Origin: Malacoraja senta
Taxonomy: Eukaryota
Direction: 5' to 3'
Length of the DNA stretch: 60,000 nt
Assembly (NCBI GenBank): GCA_038087875.1
Contig: CM075989.1
Location: 9,736,001 to 9,796,000, forward strand
The notes beneath the pieces were generated by a model that did not search any database, was not told where the DNA came from, and saw only the letters and a list, made by a program, of their open reading frames with translations. This document shows, in pieces, positions 53,024 to 60,000 of this stretch. Numbering within the stretch: the stretch's first letter is position 1; every line of letters begins with the position of its first letter. Made by a program: the position numbers and the translations under genes.

Positions 53024-54360
53024 AAGTGGGGCGGAGGAATTTTAAGCTAGAGTACTTTAGATCTTCACTGATTTTACATTCAGGGAAAGTTTGTCACTTC
53101 TGTAGCATGACTTGCTGAGTGAGACTTCAGAACAACATAAAAATATCTTGCAAGACAACTATAATAAACGTTTAGTCGATTTTCTAAATTACAACAGTGA
53201 CTACACATATAAAGTATTTCATTGGTCTTGAAGTGCTTTTGCCATTCCAAACCTGCTGAGGGCACTTTAGAAATGTAAGTTCATTATTATGAGTCAGTAT
53301 AATCGTGAGATTTGATTACAGAGTTGAAGTAACTCCTTGGGATTGATTCTAATTCAAATAGTTTTTATGTGTGTGTTTTTATTCTGATTTGGTCAATTAA
53401 CATGCCAGTGAGTACCATATTTTGGCTCTGTGATGAAATTCCCACAGAGGATGTATGATTACACTGTCATTACTGCAAGCTTAAAAACATAATAACTTGC
53501 AACCGATTTTCAGCACAATCCTGATCCAACATGTATGAAATGACCACAGTAGAACAGTAACCAGTGTTTGCAGAGTAATCAAATATACTGCAATATTACT
53601 TCAATCTGCTATTTGATTAGAATAAGTACACTTGCATGAAAAGAAACAAATAGATCTCAGCTCAACACAGGGAAATCTATCCATCAACTCCGAGACCCAT
53701 ATTTCTTCTTTACCGCCTGCACAAAATGATTGCCGACTATCAGCATGTCCCCATCAGAGAAATAATGGGCTCGAGTATCCTATAAGGAATACAAGCTATT
53801 AAAATAATTCATAATGCGTTTATCACAAGACTGGAGTGCTCACTGTCCATTGCTCTGGGAATACCAGAGCACTGCTCAATGATGTAGATGAAGAACAAAG
53901 CCCTACAATAAGCAAGATGAGAATCAGCTGATCCATAAAAAAAGGAATAGGCCAGAGAAATCATGGATAACATTATTCATCCAAAAGCTGCATCCAATTT
54001 ATTAAGTAGTCTTTAGCAAAGATGCCTGTGATTTACGCTGACAGGACAGGTTCGGTGTAGGTCTAAGGAGGTTACCAGCAGCTTGACACTAGCGTAAGCT
54101 AGTGATTGATACATTATAGACAGCATGAGGAAGATTTTTTTCCAATTATGAGAGCCCAATGAAGGGCCAAGGCCTAAAGTGGGATACAGCATTTGGCTTG
54201 AAAATACTCTCACAATGAAAAATTATTATCAACAAGTTTAATCTTAAAAAAAAAATTTGGATAGGCATATGGATATGCAGGAATGGAGGGATAAGAATTA
54301 TGCGCAGGTAGATGAGAGATGGTTTCGGCATCATGTTCAGTACAGACATTGTGGACTGAA

Positions 54361-54456
54361 GGTAGACACAAAATGTTGGAGTAACTCAGCAGATCAGGCA
54401 GCATCTCTGGAGAGAAAGAATGGGTGACGTTTTGGGTCGAGATACTTCTTCAGACT
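54361..54456 (-). mobile_element. Short Penelope-derived element (decayed hammerhead) inserted into a CR1 tail
   Basis: Reverse complement AGTCTGAAGAAGTATCTCGACCCAAAACGTCACC. GGACTGAAGG is duplicated on both sides (54353-54362, 54459-54468). Confidence 0.75.
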
Positions 54457-55282
54457 TCGGACTGAAGGGCCTGTTCTTGTGCTGTACAGTTCTATATTCT
54501 ATGTTCTAACACAGAAGTCTTAATGGTAGCAGGTTAGCCAACAGCATTGTACTTACCCTTGGACATAGAACTCTTATATTTTATACATGACAAGTTACGA
54601 AGAATGCAAACTGATATTGTTGCAAAAAGGGAAAAGAACCATGTCATATTTGGATGAAGAGTGAAAGTAATTCTAAATCTCCTTTCTAATCAGCAAACAA
54701 GGTGAAATAAAGCGTCTGGACTGTGAAGGAAATGTGAATTAGAGCGAGGTAACCTCAATGACAAGTTGAGCTCTGAAAGACAAACAGATTGAGAGGCACC
54801 CTGGAGAGAGTGCAAGAAAAAAAGGAGGAAGGCAACAGAGAAAGAGCAACACCAAGGAAGCAGAGAGCGTGAACGATAAGAGAGTGAGTGTTCTGGAATG
54901 CATCTGGAATGCAGATAAAATGCAAGCGGCACACTGGGAAGAGTGTCCCAAAGCAGGTGGGAGAGCAAATAAACCTGCTCCCACTATTGCCTTGAGATAA
55001 TGAGCAAAAGAGAAAGGAAAGACAACAGTCAGAGTAACAACAGTAATGGGAAAGTGGGATAGTGAAATGTCAGAAAGTACAAGACTTAGTAACAGTTAGA
55101 GGAGAGGAAGACGAGGTTAGGCAGTGGGCACGAAAATTAAGATGAAATAGAGGTGAGGAAAATGAGAATATTCGACGTAGTATTTTAACATTAGGCTTTG
55201 AAGCAGAATTTGCATATGGTAAGAGTAGACTAGTAAAAACATTTTAAGGATATACATGGAACTGCATGTGCTAGAATGTGGA

Positions 55283-55520
55283 AAAGTGCTGGAGTAACTC
55301 AGTAGATCAGGCAGCATGTGTGGAGGGAATGGATAGGTGATGTTTAGGGCTGCGACCCTTCTTCAGGCTGATTGTAGTAGGGAGGTAGAACAAAACAAAA
55401 AAAGCCTGCAAGATTGATACAGGTGAGGGAGTTTTGATTTGCAAACAGATGGAGAAAGGCTAGAGATGAGAAGGGAAATGGATGGAGGGAGAGGGTACGG
55501 GATGGGTGAGGGGGTGGGGA
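55283..55520 (-). mobile_element. Penelope-derived element, decayed
   Basis: aaagtgctggagtaactcag...gacccttcttcagg followed by the purine-rich 3' UTR-like segment. Confidence 0.65.
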
Positions 55521-58500
55521 AAATGTGTTTTTTAAGTTTGTCTCACTGTATAACTTGGGCACATCTCAACAAATAAATTTTGGGAATGATAAACTTGCCT
55601 TTCAGCACCTAATATCATTATAATTTTCAGCCAAATATAAAAGTACAGCAAAATCAAGGTTCCATTTATTCTGCTGCAGGAATGAAGCCAAACCCTCAAC
55701 CATGCAACAGAATCAATGTATGCTCTTTGTAACATCCTACAACAATGATCTTCATGAACTTCATGAACGTGTCAGAACTTAATGAACTGTTCTGGTAGTC
55801 ATTATCAGTTTGAATGAGTTAGCTCTAACTTTATTTAATTGGTTGGCTCACAAGAGAGAAAGGCTTGCAACTCTTCTCTTGGTATTCCAACACGACAAAT
55901 GGAAATGAAAAAACAATATGCTTACCCGCTACACCACCCATTTAAAATAGTACCATTGTTTAAATAACTGTAAAATGAGAAGGGAAATTACTATTCCATT
56001 ATCACTGAAGCAATCTCCTACCCTCCCTTGCCGCAAAGTTACATCAGTCAATGTTGCCTTTAACAGTTTCGGCAAGCAGGAAATTATAGCAAGTCTCTAA
56101 ACAATACTGCTATCGAAATTAAATCCAATTTTATATTGTGCTAGTGCTGCTAGCTCCTAATTAACAGGTTTTTCACAGTTGTAATAAAGTAAACTTGCTA
56201 CATTAGTTGAAGCAAATGGCTGAGGAGATCCAGTTTTGTCTGAGTTTTAGTGCTTCCGATATGCCAATTGTAGTTTGCAGAACTCTTAACTGCACAAAAC
56301 CCCAGATTAATCATGACACGATCACTAAGCACAATATAAAGGTGTCTTAAATAACACTGCCAGAAGTGCTGCAGTTAGACTGGATTTGATGACTAGAATT
56401 CAAAAATATTCATTCATCATATCCTCTATGACTCTATAACCAATTTTCACTTTGCATTTTCTAACCTTGGGACAGATCTGATTTTAAATTTATTATTTAT
56501 ATTAGCTCAACCTTTTATGCAAAATCGGTAGCTTGACTTTAAAGGTTCAGAATTGAAGATGGCAAAGAGTTAAATTGTGAAGTGGGAAGAAAAGTTATGA
56601 ACAAAAATTGTGAAATCATAACTCTCAGCTGGAGGTTCAAACAAAATATTCAATTTGTCAGTAATTTCCAATCATAACAGACTGTGCAGTATATTTTAAG
56701 TCATTTATGAATGCATTCATCAATGGCAGATCCCGCTTTCATTGTCGTTTCTTAATTGCCCTAAAGAAATATTTCAATGCACAATTTTGACCAAATGCCA
56801 TTAATTTTTGCCAGGAGTTTAATCTAATTTTAAAATACCACACTGTCAAGTTATTACCTTTTATTCCACAGTGCAACATAGACTAATTTTATAATAGTCT
56901 TTTAGGGGTTAAAGCCATCTCTTGTGGAAAGTGTTATTTAAAAAAGCCCAGGGGCTCATTTTTAATGAGCTGTAACTATTAAGTAATGCATAAAGGATAC
57001 TAAAATTTATGGTGCATATAGCTATTATATAATGGAAAAAATCATTAAAAACTATTTTTCTTAATGTTCATGATGATCTGATCAGTAACTATGGAACTAC
57101 TTCTAGAAATGTTAACAAAGCACTTTGTCCATTTTATCTTCAGAATTATCTTAGACCTCCTCTTGTATCTGGCCACTGCAATGGACACACAAATATTTCA
57201 CCTGTCTACAGAATTTTCATCACCATTATATGTTCATTGGATATAGGATTGATGACAAGATTTATCATTTATTGCCCATCCCTTATGTCCTTAAGGTGGT
57301 GGTGAGTCATCTTTGTGAATTCCTATGTGATGAAGCTTCTACATTGCACAAAGAGTTCCAGGATTTGGTTCAGTGATCAAGAAAAAACAATCAATATTAC
57401 AAGCCACAGACATGAAAATTCTTTTTAGAGATGGCCCTCCTTGCGTTACAATTGAGAACATATATGTGGCTTCTGAAAATTCTAGCATTTACTGGCTTAT
57501 CTGCATAAGAATAGTGACCACAGCTTTAAGATGACCTCTCAACATAGATGAAAATTATTTGGATTTGAACAAAGAAAATTTAATATTTGCCATGTTAAAG
57601 CAAAAATGTTAAAACTAATACTTTTCTATATCTGTACTTGTAAATTTTTTTGAATAAACTTTCAGTTTAGATTTTATCGGTTTACAAAAATGGCAACTTT
57701 GCAGTAAATATTTCTTTTTTTCATTGATCAAAGGTTGTTTTGACATAAAGCCCACTAATACTTACGGATTAGGTGCTATTAGTCTTAAGAACATTAAGCT
57801 ATCACAGATATGCCAGGATAGTGATTTCAAATGGCATGACAAAGTTGTAGAAAGCAAATCCATAATCGCAATTCCCGACACAACGATTTACCAATTTAAA
57901 AGAAGCACAGAGGTAAACAATTGGCAGCAAAAAGAAAGGATACAAACTGCTGGAGTAACTCAGCGGGTCAGGTAGCTGCCCTGGAGAACATGGATAGGTC
58001 CCACACTTTTTTTGTAAACATGCAAAGAAACATGCCTGGTTTCTAAATAATTGGCAGAATATTTTAAATACACGTTCATGAAAAGTACAAGCATAATCAT
58101 TGGTACGTTATATTGTTTTCTTTGTTTCACAGGCAGTTCCTGGGATCAAATATGACTTGGAGTCATCGAGCCATACAGCATGGATAGTCTCTTTGGCCCA
58201 ACTTTCCCATGCGACCAAGATACCTCATCTACATTAGTCCTGCCTGGCTGCGTTTGTCCCATATCTCTCTAAACTTGCTGTCACTTCATTTCTTTAGGTT
58301 CTGATATAGCTGAGGAAGACTCGCAAACAATGCCACAGAGTAGATGGTGCCTGAGGGGGTTGGCAGAAGAGTAACGGTTTATTTCCTCCACTTTCGACAG
58401 TGGGCTTCTGTAAGTTCCTGATGAATGGACTCGGCCTTCTCAAATGCTTATGCTATTCTATTTTGTGCAGTGATAAGACAGGGATTGCAACAAATTAGTG

Positions 58501-59289
58501 GGAATATTATACTTTTGCAAGAAAGCTTGATGTTGGGCTTACAAAACGCGTAACCAACCCATGGAGCTCACCGAATGTAAATAGGGTCTCTATGTTGAGT
58601 CTATTGACAGTCGAGGATGCTGACTGGTTTATTTACCCTGCCAACAGATTCTGAGAACTTTATCAAGAGGGTGTTGATGTTTGACATTCATATTCAGCTT
58701 TAATATTCATATAGTGGCTCATAATCATTGGATATTGACCAACATTGGAAACATTATTTTAATATTTTCCCTCCACTTGCACTGAATGTGGTGTGGGTTT
58801 TTGGGTGGCAGAAAGAATAAAATAACAGTACTACACACAGGAACAAAGTAGACACATAGCAAACTATTCATGGAAAACTAAAAAAAATGATTGATGAATT
58901 AAACAGATATTTTAGCCTGCCTTTGATTCAGAAGACAATGGCAGGAAATGCAATGAGAGTAAGGAATTTTAAGTAATTGATTGACATTAGAAATAGAGAA
59001 AGAAAAAGGACTGAAACTAGAGAAAACTTTTGGAACTAACAGTCAATATCCAAGGGTTCTAAAACAAGGTACAATGGTGGCATGTTGGCGCAGTGGTAGA
59101 GTTGCTATCTTACAGCACCAGTGACCTGGGTTTAATCCGGACTATAGTAATAATTTTGGCTCAAATTAGCTATGCCTCATGCTAATAGAATAACGAAGAT
59201 GACAAATGGAAAACTGCTCAGGTAAATTCTATTTGCATTCAAAAAGGATTAATTAAATGGGCGCCAACCCAAGCCATGGTGCCCGCCCA

Positions 59290-59532
59290 CCTCATTGTGA
59301 CATCATAAGTCGAAGCATCTGTACGTGAAAAGCAGTTAAAAAGGCCAATTTACTTTTTTTTTAAATTTTATTCACCAATAACGTGAAATATAGGATCAAA
59401 TCGTAAGTGAACCTGCTCACTGCGTGGAGGGGAAAATGTGAGTCAGAATATGTAAAAATGTAAGGGCTATCGCATAGCATTTTGGCAAAAATACAAAAAC
59501 ACATACAAGATGAGACTTTTATAGGTATAGAG
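59290..59532 (-). mobile_element. Possible 5' fragment of a related Helitron
   Basis: Reverse complement A|TCTCTATACCTATAAAAGTCTCATCTTGTATGT resembles the 5' end of 16385-17619 (TCTATATA...AAACTCTCATCTTGTT). No 3' CTAG was found. Confidence 0.4.
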
Positions 59533-60000
59533 ATATCCTGATCACTAACGTTCAGTTTGGATTCTGCCAGGAACTCATCTTCAAATCAGGCTTTGTTTCA
59601 AAGTCCAGAGGCAAAATAAATGAGACTGCTCAACTTCAAGGCACCATTTGATCCTATTGACCAGAAATATTAACTGTTTCTTCTGCATAGATGCTGCCTG
59701 ACCCCTTGAGTATTTGCAGCACTTTTTTGTTTTATTTAATTGATCTCAAGAGTAACAATCAAGAGGCAAGTTCAAATGCTACTGCACCCACTGGGAAACG
59801 CAAATCCAGTTCATTAAATAATGTGATGTAAAAGCTAGTAATGAAAGTGTGAACTAATCAAGATTTGAAACTGCTTTATTGAAACTTATCTACTTTTCAG
59901 TTGTGGTGTTTTAGAAATAAATCCTAGTTATTTGCCTTGCATGGTTTTATAATGCCACGCTCGTCTTCATGGTGATTTGGAAATTTGTACTTCCAGATCC

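Noticed and set aside
59075..59145. tRNA gene (GGCGCAGTGGTAGAG...GGGTTTAATCC)
   Set aside because: It has A/B boxes but no full cloverleaf, and matches the head of the local SINE family.

Overview
Eukaryotic, AT-rich, repeat-dense vertebrate DNA. The repeat families and exon sequences suggest a cartilaginous fish, probably a skate or ray; this taxon call is an inference. The window appears to lie inside the MAP2K5 (MEK5) gene on the minus strand. Four short coding exons (70, 41, 68 and 49 bp, all GT-AG) splice in frame to YYATVREQEVNGQMIEPLQIYPRACKPPGKRNIHGLKVNTRAGSSNNSCPAVTEGLSNNSLKKSSAELKKILANGQ, the end of the PB1 domain plus the linker before the kinase domain. The flanking exons were not found. 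The rest is intron filled with mobile elements: CR1, Rex1/Babar and L2 LINE fragments, tRNA-derived SINEs, a deleted Harbinger keeping fragments of both genes, a non-autonomous Helitron, and TIR elements with unusual 6- and 7-bp target duplications. The most notable system is a dispersed family of Penelope-like (GIY-YIG) elements and short derivatives. They carry a minimal hammerhead-ribozyme motif (CUGAAGA...GAAACGUH), occur in more than a dozen copies, and often insert as fold-back structures. Most ORFs in the supplied track are spurious or transposon debris.
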